This document shows, one piece after another, positions 33,670-44,184 of a stretch of DNA of 64,000 nt. Location of the stretch: the NCBI GenBank assembly GCA_004764695.1, contig SMSO01000031.1:3324436-3388435 (forward strand), given 5' to 3'. A program made the translations under genes and the position numbers. Below the pieces are notes generated by a model. The model ran no database searches and was not told the origin of the DNA. It saw only the letters and a program-made list of their open reading frames with translations. This DNA comes from Schizochytrium sp. TIO01 (lineage: Eukaryota; Protista; Bigyra: Labyrinthulomycetes). Position 1 is the first letter of the stretch. Every line of letters begins with the position of its first letter.

Positions 33670-34296
33670 TAAAGTATCGCCGTATGATTCAAATTGACGC
33701 AACACAAGATGAAAGAAGTGCCTGCTTACTGTTGTGAAGATCGAATCATCAAATGTCTAAGAAAATAAATTGAGAGACAAAATAAATTAATACTCTAAAT
33801 AATGTAAAATGTATGTTGACAATTCCTTCGTCTCCGTTTGAAGGGTTGTTCCCCTCGGACCAAATAGGTTTTGACTGAACCTACTTAGACTGTGAAAAGC
33901 CATCTATTCCCTTGACTGCTACCACCAATGTGAAACATCTTACCTTCTTCTACTTGAAAAATGGAATTCTATATCATTCAAGCAGCATAGAAATAATAAA
34001 AGGTGTCTTATTTTTTGATCATGCGCTCTATTTTTTGAAAAACATTTTCTAAATTAAAAAAGTAGATGAGATTGTGGTCTCCTATAATAAGTCAACTTCG
34101 ATCAATGGCCGAAATCAAATAAAGTGTCATACAAACAAATTCATCGTCGAAGTTCTCATACATATCCTGATTCCCCGCTGAAGGGCGAGGAGGTTGAGAA
34201 GACGCTTGGGACCGTTTTTCACTTCGCTTGGTTTACGTGTATTACAGCCTTCACTGTCCATACGATTCTTCAAGCACAGCGCTCAGCACCGTCGTC

Positions 34297-35538
34297 ATGG
34301 AAGATCATCCGGACATCGACAGGACCGAAGTTCCTTCGCGCGTGGACTTGACGAGGCTCACTCCTGCGCAGCTAGAGGCGCTTTCTCGCGGTGAGGCAAT
34401 TGAGTATGAACAATCTCAGCTTGACGCTGCCGTCTCTGGAGCTGTTGCAACAGGTCAGGGCGCTGGGCAGCCTGAGAACTTCAAGATCTTCAAGGACGTC
34501 GACAACCAATTGGATCTCGGCGACGTTGTAAAGCTTGAAGCTGCCTGTCTAGAATGCGGATCTCCCGGTGAGTTTCAACGCGCCGAGATGAACCTGCCAC
34601 GCTTTGGTCGCGCAGAAATTCAGAGCTTTACTTGCTCAGAATGTGCTTACACTTACCGCAAGGTCCGCTCCGTGGCGCCAATTCGTTATGAAGGTGTCGT
34701 GCCATTGGAACCGGGGTATGGACGCCGCATTATTCTTGATGTTCAGTCAGAATCAGATCTGAATCGTGAGGTTCTGCGATCTGACGGCTGTACATTCAGG
34801 GTGCCGGAGCTTGACCTGGAGGTCAGTTCTCGTGTAGGCTCCATGAGCACAGTTGAGGGGTGCTTGCATTCCGTTTCTATGAACCTGCGTTTCCTTCGTT
34901 TCACAAATGATGACTCCGATGACGAGGACGAAGGCGGAGCAATGAGTGACAAAGTTGATGCGCGGGTTAACCAGCTGTTGGATGGAGTTCGCAATGGAAC
35001 CCGTACCTTCCGCCTTATTCTTGAAGATGAAGAGGACGGTTCGCACATCCAGACCTTTGAGGGCGACACACGGATATTTTTCGAAATTTATCCAATTGAT
35101 GGAGACAGCGTGGACTCTGCTTCCCACACAGACCAGCCGCCGGTGTTGTGCGGCCTTAACAGTATCCAGCCTGGTGTTGTTCTTGACGCCATGTATGGGG
35201 ATGAGTGGATCTCGGGTTGCAAGGTCATGGCTATCAATGGCGAAGTCATCTGGGTAGAACGTATTGACGATCCTGGCGCTGGCCGTTGGCATGTCAGTGT
35301 TGAGGAGATCCGCGGTTGTACTGATCCTACATGTGGATGCCAGGTTCTTACTTTGGGAAATGTTGACAGTGGCGCGTTGCAAGACGCGACTCCAGACATG
35401 GAGCTTTTGGACTTCCTCAACAAGTACGCAGATCACGTCGATGCGCAGGAAGGTGCCATCACGAACCAACAAAAACAACAGCAAAACGCCCAGGCTCAAA
35501 TTGAGCAAGAAATTCAAACGCTTGAGGAGATGGATTAG
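34297..35538 (+). CDS. ZPR1-like protein with a single C4 zinc finger + A/B domain and a C-terminal Tudor/SH3-fold-like domain, 413 aa
   Basis: CLECG...LPRFGRAEIQSFTCSECAY finger; DLNREVLRS..C.F.VPELDLEV; STVEG; FRLILED...SHIQ. Tail PGVVLDAMYGDEWISGCKVMAING...WV...W.VSVEEIR. ATG at 34297. Confidence 0.85.
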   Translation: MEDHPDIDRTEVPSRVDLTRLTPAQLEALSRGEAIEYEQSQLDAAVSGAVATGQGAGQPENFKIFKDVDNQLDLGDVVKLEAACLECGSPGEFQRAEMNLPRFGRAEIQSFTCSECAYTYRKVRSVAPIRYEGVVPLEPGYGRRIILDVQSESDLNREVLRSDGCTFRVPELDLEVSSRVGSMSTVEGCLHSVSMNLRFLRFTNDDSDDEDEGGAMSDKVDARVNQLLDGVRNGTRTFRLILEDEEDGSHIQTFEGDTRIFFEIYPIDGDSVDSASHTDQPPVLCGLNSIQPGVVLDAMYGDEWISGCKVMAINGEVIWVERIDDPGAGRWHVSVEEIRGCTDPTCGCQVLTLGNVDSGALQDATPDMELLDFLNKYADHVDAQEGAITNQQKQQQNAQAQIEQEIQTLEEMD

Positions 35539-35887
35539 AGAATAGCCTCCTCGATTTGAGCAAAGCCGTGCTTTTCCGTTTTCCCCCGACATTTAGAGGA
35601 ATGAAGAGCCATGTTATTCACTTTATTAATAGACTAAAAAAAGTATTAAACAAGAAAGCATCATGTTACATACAAATGTTCGAAAGACTCCCTAGACTTG
35701 TCCAAATGGGCTTGGCTAGTGGCACACGGCACTGACAATATGAGCCGAAATATATAAGTCCGTGTTGAAATGCCTTTGAGTCCTAAGGCTTTTCCATTTG
35801 TTTCAACAAATAATTCGTTTTCTGTCAAGGAATAGAAGTTTTATGGAGTTGCGCTTGTAACCAACAGCTTCAATTTAAATAGTTGTA

Positions 35888-37327
35888 TCAGTTTTTCACT
35901 GCTTGTTCACTCGTGAGGTCATCAAAAAGCTCCTTGGTACCTCCCTCTTCACATTCCACGGCAATATCCTTCTGCAAACCTATAGTACGTGCTGCTAGTA
36001 GGTCTCCTGTGTATATTGAGCATGTCTTCACTCTCTCATCAATCACATGTTGCTCAAATTCAACTTTGTCCGTTTCAAACAGAATACATTCTTCAAGTGC
36101 TGTATTTCTCGGTACAAACATCGCCACGTTAGGGGTCACCCTTGCTGCTGCATGATACAATCCAGCCCCGTCATATTTTCCTACTTGAATATGTTCTAAG
36201 AGGAAAGAGTCAACATTCTGATATGTGGGCCCTCCCCACGGAGGGCTTATAAAAATAGCATCTACGGGGACGTTCTCGCGTTCCAGCATGTGCAGAATTT
36301 GCAGAGCGTCCCCGTGAATAAACTCAATCCGGTCATCAACTCCATAGACGCGAGCGTTATGACGAGCCATCTCCAACTTTGCGCGGTCGATTTCAATCGC
36401 AATGACTCTTTCACATGTGAAAGCAAATTGAATTGCATTACCACCTGCTCCAGCAAAGGCATCAACGATGACTTCGCAACGGCAGCGCTCGGCGATGTGT
36501 TCTGCGATTGCTTCTGGTGTCACTGAGTACCATGACTCTTCGTCTAGTTGCACACCGTCGTCAAATCGAGAAAACAATCTATAGCGCTGGGCAAAATACT
36601 TGCGCGGAACTCCCGAGCTCGGGTCGTATTCTCCAACTCCGATATTTGTGACTTGGGGGGCAAAGCTCGAGTATCTAGGCAGGTTGACGCTCGTCTTGAA
36701 CAGCGTTGTTTTCTCATTGAGTTCAACAAAGCCATCGTAGCACAGTACACCCACTTCAGCTGTCGCCGCCTTGGGAAGCGGTACCGTATTTGAAGAGTTT
36801 TTGGTAGGCTTTGCCTTTTTCTTATTTTTTGAAGCAGTATTTGAAGCAGAAACCTGTGCTATATCTGCAAACAGCATGTTTTCAAGCCTTGCGTCCACAC
36901 CTCGTTTGGGTGCAACGCATGACTGTGGCCCTTTGACAGGAGTTTTTAGCTGAAGTATATTCTCTGCAAATATGTCAATGCATTGCTCTCCTTTCCGTAA
37001 AGGTAAGCTCGCAAGATTCTTGCGCTGCACATCGTCAAGGCCGTCAACCTCACTCAGTTCAAGTTGCTTCTCAGAAAACTTTTCGGAAGCCGCATCCTGC
37101 AATTCATTCCACCATTTGTGCAGCTCGTGATCCTCTAGTAAAGTCTCGGCAGACTCACAATCAGCGTGTGCGAAAACAGTAACCTCTCCGGGGGGAGACA
37201 AGACATAAACCAGGGCTGTTTCAGGATCCAACGTGAGCACAACACCCTCCAGCGCCTTGCCATCGTCTAAAACCAGACGCACGGGCGTGTCGCATAGTAG
37301 GAGGACTGTCCCGCGTGGCCTTGACAT
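35888..37327 (-). CDS. TGS1: Trimethylguanosine synthase TGS1 with N-terminal Gemin6-like (Sm-fold + AD) domain, 479 aa
   Basis: KYFAQRYRLFSRFDDGVQLDEESWYSVTPEAIAEHIA, VDAFAGAGGNAIQFA and FISPPWGGP are diagnostic TGS1 motifs. Residues 1-155 resemble Gemin6 (see findings). Confidence 0.95.
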   Translation of the reverse strand: MSRPRGTVLLLCDTPVRLVLDDGKALEGVVLTLDPETALVYVLSPPGEVTVFAHADCESAETLLEDHELHKWWNELQDAASEKFSEKQLELSEVDGLDDVQRKNLASLPLRKGEQCIDIFAENILQLKTPVKGPQSCVAPKRGVDARLENMLFADIAQVSASNTASKNKKKAKPTKNSSNTVPLPKAATAEVGVLCYDGFVELNEKTTLFKTSVNLPRYSSFAPQVTNIGVGEYDPSSGVPRKYFAQRYRLFSRFDDGVQLDEESWYSVTPEAIAEHIAERCRCEVIVDAFAGAGGNAIQFAFTCERVIAIEIDRAKLEMARHNARVYGVDDRIEFIHGDALQILHMLERENVPVDAIFISPPWGGPTYQNVDSFLLEHIQVGKYDGAGLYHAAARVTPNVAMFVPRNTALEECILFETDKVEFEQHVIDERVKTCSIYTGDLLAARTIGLQKDIAVECEEGGTKELFDDLTSEQAVKN

Positions 37328-37929
37328 GATTTAGGCAGACTTCTCCAGACAGGGAAGTTCTTGTAAGAGCAAGGCGCGGTCTAAGCTGCGTTCGCAAATT
37401 GAAAGCATTTCATTGATTGATCCCATTCATTGGATCCCCCAGACTATTGAATTGATGATTTATTTTATTTTATTTTATTTTAATTTGGTTGTACAAAACA
37501 TAATACTGCCTAATATAGTGGAATAGCATACCAAAAATCAAAACCGGGAACACCTCGGTACCTACTAAATAGAAAACAAATTGAAAAACCCATAGGGCCT
37601 ATCTGCACTGCAAAAGCTTGTCTCTGTGAAGGACATAGACCTGTTCATGTACATACCAAGCATCACCTCCCCATCAATGCTCTTGAGATTGGTGCGTCTA
37701 AATTCCAAATGATCGAGTGGCAAACGTATGGCAACGACACACATACGACGTTAGAATTGACGATAATGATCAATAAAACTAAAACAAGAGCAGTCACAAC
37801 CTGGACTCTGGCAAGCTCCTTGCGTAGCGTCGCGAATTAGCGATACTAAAAGCACAGGAAGCAAAAGATCACTGGTAGCGAGTGCAGATTGCGTTCGGAG
37901 CTGTAGGAAAGTGGTGCCTCAGACCACCA
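37328..37929. promoter_or_regulatory. Probable bidirectional promoter between TGS1 and the UPF0489 gene
   Basis: 602-bp spacer between two divergent start codons, with an AT-rich (TTTTA)n core at ~37458-37483. No specific element identified. Confidence 0.5.
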
Positions 37930-39384
37930 ATGGAGCCCACCCTGAGAAAAGGCAAGCTTGCACCAGAGGAGGCCCGCGTGCTGCTGAAGCGACAGCGCAG
38001 AGGCCGTGGTACCGAGGGCGGCACGCTACCTGTTTATGTATCGGGGGACCATAATGAGGCGCTAGAGAGCCTTCACGCTGCAATCCGGGTCGGCGAGGTT
38101 GCATTTTCAGGTCTAGCGATGCTCCATATAGATTCACATCCAGATCTCATGGTCCCACCTCGAATGCCGGCTGACTTGGTGTTCAAGCCTCGCGAGTTGC
38201 ATTACGAGCTTGCGAGATCTGAGACTGGAATTGCAGAATTCATCCTGCCAGCAGTTTACGCAGGTCATCTTGAACGGATTACGTGGCTTCGACCACCTTG
38301 GGCAGATCAGCTTCCAGACGGTTTGTGGGATTTTGAGGTTGGCAAAGCGCCTGGCAGTGACTTTGACGAAGTTGTTACAGAAGATGGTGAAATTGTACGA
38401 GGCGGGCCCCTGCGAGTATCTTGGACGGCGCCGTATTATGCAGATGAGGGACTCTCGTGCTCCGTTTCCGAAATGGAAAATGTCAAGTCTATGCAACTAT
38501 TCGTTGCAGATGAGAATGCGTGTACGCCGGATGCTATCGAGGGTGTCTTTGGAACACGTCCATGGATCCTCGATATTTGCCTAGACTATTTTTCAGTCAA
38601 CAACCCATTCTACGTGGACCTCCAAGACAAACTTGGTGATGAAGCAGCTGACCTTTGCACACAAGTGTATGCAGGTCCACAGCTCCTTTGGCGTCAACTA
38701 GAGATGGCCCGGCAAACCCGTTTTACAACGGCAAATATGTCTTTACATGCGGAAAAGAAGACCGTTGCAAATCATTCAAATATTGAGGCTAAGCAAGGTG
38801 TGGTAAAAGAGGACCAAGTCGCTTCTACAAATCTTACCCTGGAGTTAGTTGATGAGGGTAAGGCACAGATGTCGGAGACCAGGCCCACGTATGTTGATGA
38901 TGACCAGGAACTTAAGCTTCGTCACGATATTGCCAAAAAGGAACATGAAGGTGTTATTGCTGTAGTGTTACGGGTTCCCGACGATGCCGAAGCCCTCGAA
39001 AAACTAAAAGACTGTTTTGATCCTAGAAATGCGAGTACGGACAGCTCTGTCGACGCGTTTGCCACTCTTGCGAAAAAGTTAGATGAGGAAAAACGAGATC
39101 TTGTAAGTTCGTGCGGTCCTAATCTCGACTTACCACATCACCGTTCAACGGATGACCAAATCGAGCGTGTCTTTCAGCACCTCGTGGATCTTCTGACCTC
39201 CATTCCGGTGACTCCGAGCATTGTGACAATTGCTAAGTCTTCCTCGGATATGCTTGATTACACACCTGTAGATCAAGTTGAAACCTTGCTGAAAAAGACG
39301 CTTGAAGTTTTGCAACGTGTCTATCCCCAATTTACTCTTGAGGTTACAAATGTAGACGAGGATGAAGACGAAGAAAGCGTTTAA
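37930..39384 (+). CDS. UPF0489 family protein (C5orf22-like), 484 aa
   Basis: V..DHNEAL; LHIDSHPDLMVP; IAEFILPAVYAGH..I.WLRPPWA.Q; WILDICLDYFSVNNPF; LPHHRS; VTIAKS...DYTP.DQV. First ATG at 37930. Confidence 0.85.
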   Translation: MEPTLRKGKLAPEEARVLLKRQRRGRGTEGGTLPVYVSGDHNEALESLHAAIRVGEVAFSGLAMLHIDSHPDLMVPPRMPADLVFKPRELHYELARSETGIAEFILPAVYAGHLERITWLRPPWADQLPDGLWDFEVGKAPGSDFDEVVTEDGEIVRGGPLRVSWTAPYYADEGLSCSVSEMENVKSMQLFVADENACTPDAIEGVFGTRPWILDICLDYFSVNNPFYVDLQDKLGDEAADLCTQVYAGPQLLWRQLEMARQTRFTTANMSLHAEKKTVANHSNIEAKQGVVKEDQVASTNLTLELVDEGKAQMSETRPTYVDDDQELKLRHDIAKKEHEGVIAVVLRVPDDAEALEKLKDCFDPRNASTDSSVDAFATLAKKLDEEKRDLVSSCGPNLDLPHHRSTDDQIERVFQHLVDLLTSIPVTPSIVTIAKSSSDMLDYTPVDQVETLLKKTLEVLQRVYPQFTLEVTNVDEDEDEESV

Positions 39385-39799
39385 AATTTATGCGACTTCT
39401 TTTTTTTGTATTTCAATCCCTTCAGTCATGAGACACAATTAGGCTTACATCATAGAAAGTATTGTATCGAAATTGTCCTATGTTACACCTAATACAAAAG
39501 TACACTACTTTCTAGAATTATATTTTCATGTACATTAATGTTACTTATCATGCTAAGATTGTGTTGGGCCACAGCGTTGGTAGCTCGAATATACTTTCAT
39601 CCTTACCAGCTTTTTAAAAGTGATAAAAGTAATATGGAATATTTTTACAATTATGTTAGAAATAAAATTAAAATTAGAACAAAGTTAATTTGAGGAAAAC
39701 ACAACTATTATATGAGAGGTTAAAAACAACAAGCTGATTGATATGCCTTTTAAATAGCAAACAAAACAAAAGGGAGCGTGTCGAATCATGGGATTCGTA

Positions 39800-41860
39800 T
39801 ATAATTTAAACTTCAGATTGCAGGCACTTGCCTTCTCAAGCCGCGGTATAGTGTAATTCCGAGCTACAATCACTTTGTTGTCCATTCTCAGAGAAATACT
39901 AGTCCAACCAGATTTACAATACCGGAGTTTGATGCATACTGTTGATGTCGTAGTATTATCCTTATCTCATCTATTACGTTTTGCTTAGGTCATCGATTTG
40001 TGATGCTCGGGATTGAGGCAATGATTCTACTAAAATAAGTTTTGGCAATTCCTATTCTATACTCAGGCAAGGTTTGGTAGTCGTATTACTTAGTGCCAAA
40101 TTCCTGAAAGCAATTTCACACTTTCTTTAATTCCCCAAAGACTAGCAGCTCAACTCGATATTGCTGGCGGGAAGATACTTGCATCGTCATCGCTTCTAAA
40201 TCGCGGATTAATCATCTCAAATAATCGTAATACGATTTGCAGGACTTAGGTGCTCTTTCTTTGAACCATTTACTCAACCAAATTCAGTGTTTACATTGCA
40301 AAATATCTCCTGTTGTTCAAAAATCAGCATGCCTTCATTTATCGTTATCTCTTCTCCACGTGTCGCAATCTCTAGTCCGAGCTTGATTCCGAACTCATTT
40401 TTCAATTCTATTGAAAGAAAAGAAAAAGATAAAAGATTTACTATATTCACTCCGATCAACTCCAAGGCTTGTTTAATTCACTACTACCATTTGTAAATTT
40501 AGGATTGATCGCATCATCATCATCTCCCGTTCCCACTAGACAGCGTTTTATAACGTAGGTAGTATCTAGAACTAGTAGTCAGGTGTCTTGGCGATGAGAT
40601 GTTCTATGTTGTTCTTTGAGAAAGGACTTCTGCTTGCACAATCTCTTGCTCTTGAAGACGTAGTCAAAGATCTGAAATGATGCTTAGGCCTCTAATTGTG
40701 TGGGTGCAGCTGTTTCCAGGTCGAACTTAGCTTCTTCATCACTTTCGCATTCATTTTCACCCCTGCATGTCGCTTGTATGATAGAAACAATAGGAACAGA
40801 ACACTAATGTTCCGAGAGCGCCTCGACGGCGATGCTGCTGATGGCGCGCTGCAAATCCCCGACCAATCCACGAGCGGGCTCAGAACCAAGCGAGCCTAAT
40901 AGCAAGCCCGAGCTCCCGCCGACGCGCCGACGGGGCCCCGCTATCGATCTATCGACCCACCTACCCTCCGACATCATTTTATGGTCTCCAAGAGCGGCAA
41001 GGCAACGAGAGCAACCATTAGTACACGACAACAGTGATATGTTGCAGGTCATGCGCACACAAAATCCACGATATCCTCCTCCTTCAAGTCCTGCCTTATC
41101 TATTCCTTCAGGACTCCATTCCACCGACAGAGCAAGCAAGCCTGGGCGTTGTATAGCACCCGGAGCGCCCACCGTCGAGGTCGAGTGATGGATAACGGCG
41201 CGTCGGCGGCGCTCGTGCACAAAAAGGGAAGGGCCCGAGGCGGGCAAACGGGCTACAAAATCGGCGACGGCGTCACTGCATACCCACAACGTGCTTGGCC
41301 GTCTCCATTGGACCCGCCTCAGCCCAACTCGCAAGGCGCGACGCGGAGAAGCAGACAGCCAGCCCCCTTCAAATCGATCGGCGAGGGCTCGACGTCTCTT
41401 CGCGACGACGAAACAGAGCACATTCGAAGAGTACAGATTCTGCAATCGCAGTCTGAAATCCGCTCTTCAACCGGCACTCAGACTTGAAAGAAAATTCAAA
41501 ATTCAAAATTCATTCAAATTCATTCAAATTCATTCAAATTCAAAATTCAAAATTCGAAATTCAAAACTTCAAGTTCAAAATTCAAATTCAACTTCGAATT
41601 CAAAATTCCTTAAATTCCAGAGCCCATTTCAAACTCAGAGCCTGAAGTGCCGCTCCTCGAGAAGGACCAGAGCCGAGGGGGCACGGGACACGCCCTCAGG
41701 AGGAGGGCAGAGCTGGCGGCGCGAGTCTGCTTCTCCCTCCCTTTGCTTGGCCACGGCAGGGCCAAGGGCAGTTTTGCAGCTCTTTCCAAGACGATGACGA
41801 GCGCTTTTAGTGCGACTTCTTCCTTTCCACCGCTTCTTCTTCTTCTTCTTTTGAACACTA
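39800..41860 (-). pseudogene. Possible decayed gene with stops, frameshifts and an embedded microsatellite
   Basis: Successive minus-strand protein-like pieces: KEEVALKALVIVLERAAKLPL; GLVGDLQRAISSIAVEALSEH*CSVPIVSIIQATCRGENECESDEEAKFDLET; IKQALELIGVNIV...LGLEIATRGEEITINEGMLIFEQQEIFCNV. No family recognised. Confidence 0.3.
41491..41608. repeat. Degenerate AATTCAA heptamer array
   Basis: Same unit and orientation as 1537-1610, with attc/ttcg variants. Confidence 0.9.
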
Positions 41861-43384
41861 CTAAACCATAGAAGAACTAGGAAAGAAGGAGGAAAGAAAG
41901 AAAGAAAGAAAGAAAGAAAAAGAAAGAACGCCCCACACTCTTCCGCCTAGCAATCGTCGGGCCTAAGATTCACTGCGGGTTTCTAGCCCCGCAGCTCGCC
42001 ACCCCGCCCCTATGCCTCCTCTGACGCGTAATTGATAGGCAGCAATATTGATCACGGCGGAGGAATTCCCGCAGCCGGTGGCGCAGTGAGGCGAAAAACA
42101 AGAGAAAAATGCCCTCCCCCCCCCGCGCACACTGTCAGCTCGGGCGCAGTGGAGGCGAGAGGGGAAAGAGAGGGCGCGCGATTCGAGGTGGCCCCTCTCC
42201 AAATATCAGGTTTCTTGCCTGTTTTTTGTTTGGGATGTGTGACAGATACTCACTCACTGTGTCTCTCTCACACTCTGTCACCCTCACAATACTCCGTCTC
42301 AGAAATTTCGGGTTTCGTTCTCTCTCTCTATTCCTGATTCCAGAGTCTTTTATTAGTTAATTTTACTTAAAAGTTAAAAACGAATGAATCAAAAAATGCA
42401 AATCGATTCATTGATCGGTTGACTTAGATTTTGATGGACTGATTCTTTTATGATTAATTAATTAATATGTTAACTTTAGCTTTTCAAGGTTGACTGATCG
42501 ATTGAAATAAAGATAAACTAGAGGCCTCTTACAGCTGCATCTCCGCGCAAACTCGCCACGTCCATCGATAAGTATCGCTCATCCGATCGCTTTGAGATCC
42601 ACGAGAGCCTCTAAAGCCAAATCTCTCTCTCGCATAATATACTCTTCTCCAGCCTCAACAATTAATTACACGCATCCAAAGCTGTCCAGGACGATGAGAT
42701 CTTAGAGCCCCATCTTGCCTTTGGACCGGCATGGCAACTGCTAATGATTAGGCTATTTGAACCCTTAGTACGCACTACATTCAAGATGGTCGAGGCGATG
42801 ATGATGCACAGCAAAGAATAGAAGGGAACAGAAGATTCTAAGCTGGCCGATATTGAAATCTGACGCCGTGAACAGATAAAGCAGCGACGTAAGGGTTTTA
42901 TGTCTTCTCTTCGCTCCTCCAGGGCCTATTGTACCCCATTGCCACAAGCTTTGGCGCCAGTTTGAGCATGGTCTCCAGAGCTCGCGAGCCCGAGGCACGT
43001 CTTTCCCCCCCCTCATAAGACCCTGTTCTCTGTCCAGTGACACTCCCTCTCAAGGTCTTCCCGCAGCTACCTCATCTCCCCCTGCAGCGACCTGGGAACC
43101 CTCCCCACAGCGCGGCCAATGAACTGGCGGCGGCACGCCGTGTTAGCGGCGCTTTTGTTCTACTGTGCGCGCGGCGCTACAGTAGAGTATAGGTGCGGTA
43201 AAGTGGGCTATAGCGTTTGGCGCACTTGCAGACCGCGCTTCTCTCTGTCTCCTATGCACTCAATCGAATTCCGACTCGTGAGAGTGTGTGAGTGTGCGAA
43301 CCTCGTTCTTTGTTTAAATTCAAACCCATTCTGAAACAGGAAGAAGCTGGAAATGGCCTTCTTTATACAGAAGATCGACGCGAC

Positions 43385-43872
43385 TCACTCTCTGTCTCTC
43401 TCTCTCTATCTCTCTCTCTCTGTCTCTCTCTCTCTCTGTCTCTGTGTCTTTCTTTCTTTCTTTCTTTCTCTTTTTCTCTCCCGTGTTTGGCTCTCTCGGC
43501 ACCGCAGCGATAATAAGGGAAACAACGGCGAATTGTCGCCCTCCCGACGGTTTAAGCTGCTTAAAACCAGGCACTTTCGAGCGAAGAGGTCGCGCGGAGC
43601 TGTGTTTGTTTGTTTGCTTGCTTGCTTGCTTGCTTGCTTCCTGAGTTTTGACGGCTAAGCATGGATGGCTTTGGTTTTCTGATTTTGTCTTTGAGCTTTT
43701 TGTTTTGTAAATAAATAGAAAAAAGAATGAATGAATGAATGAATGAATGAATGAATAGTGTTTATTTATTTTCATTGATTTGTTTGTGTTTATCTCTCGA
43801 TGTTAATGGAAGGGCACACTAGGGCACCTAGGATCATGGTAGTCTTCTGAGTAAGTAAGTAAGTAAGTAACA
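43385..43872. repeat. Microsatellite cluster: (CT)n, (CTTT)n, (GCTT)n, (GAAT)n, (AGTA)n
   Basis: Directly visible, upstream of the mitochondrial carrier gene. Confidence 0.9.
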
Positions 43873-44184
43873 AATCCCTCATTGGTTCAATGTTTCTTTT
43901 TCCTCTGCGCTTCCCAACGATCCTGCGTTCGGGCTTGGCGGAAAAGTAAGCAGCAACCATCACTCAAGCGACCAGGGCATCGAGCAGAAACAAACCTAGG
44001 TCGAGCCAGCAAAACCCAAACTCAGTCAGAGCTCTTTCTGGCAGCAGCAACAACAGCGGCAGCAACAACAGCGGCAGCAACAGCAAAACAGAAACAGTGA
44101 GCATCTAGTGAAAGAGAGGACAAAGGACCAAGACAACCAGTCAGTCAGTCAGTCAGGCAGGCAACAGCCGAAACTTTGAGCAGC

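Noticed and set aside
34753-35592. 279-aa ORF antisense to the ZPR1-like gene
   Set aside because: Mirror-frame artefact without motifs.
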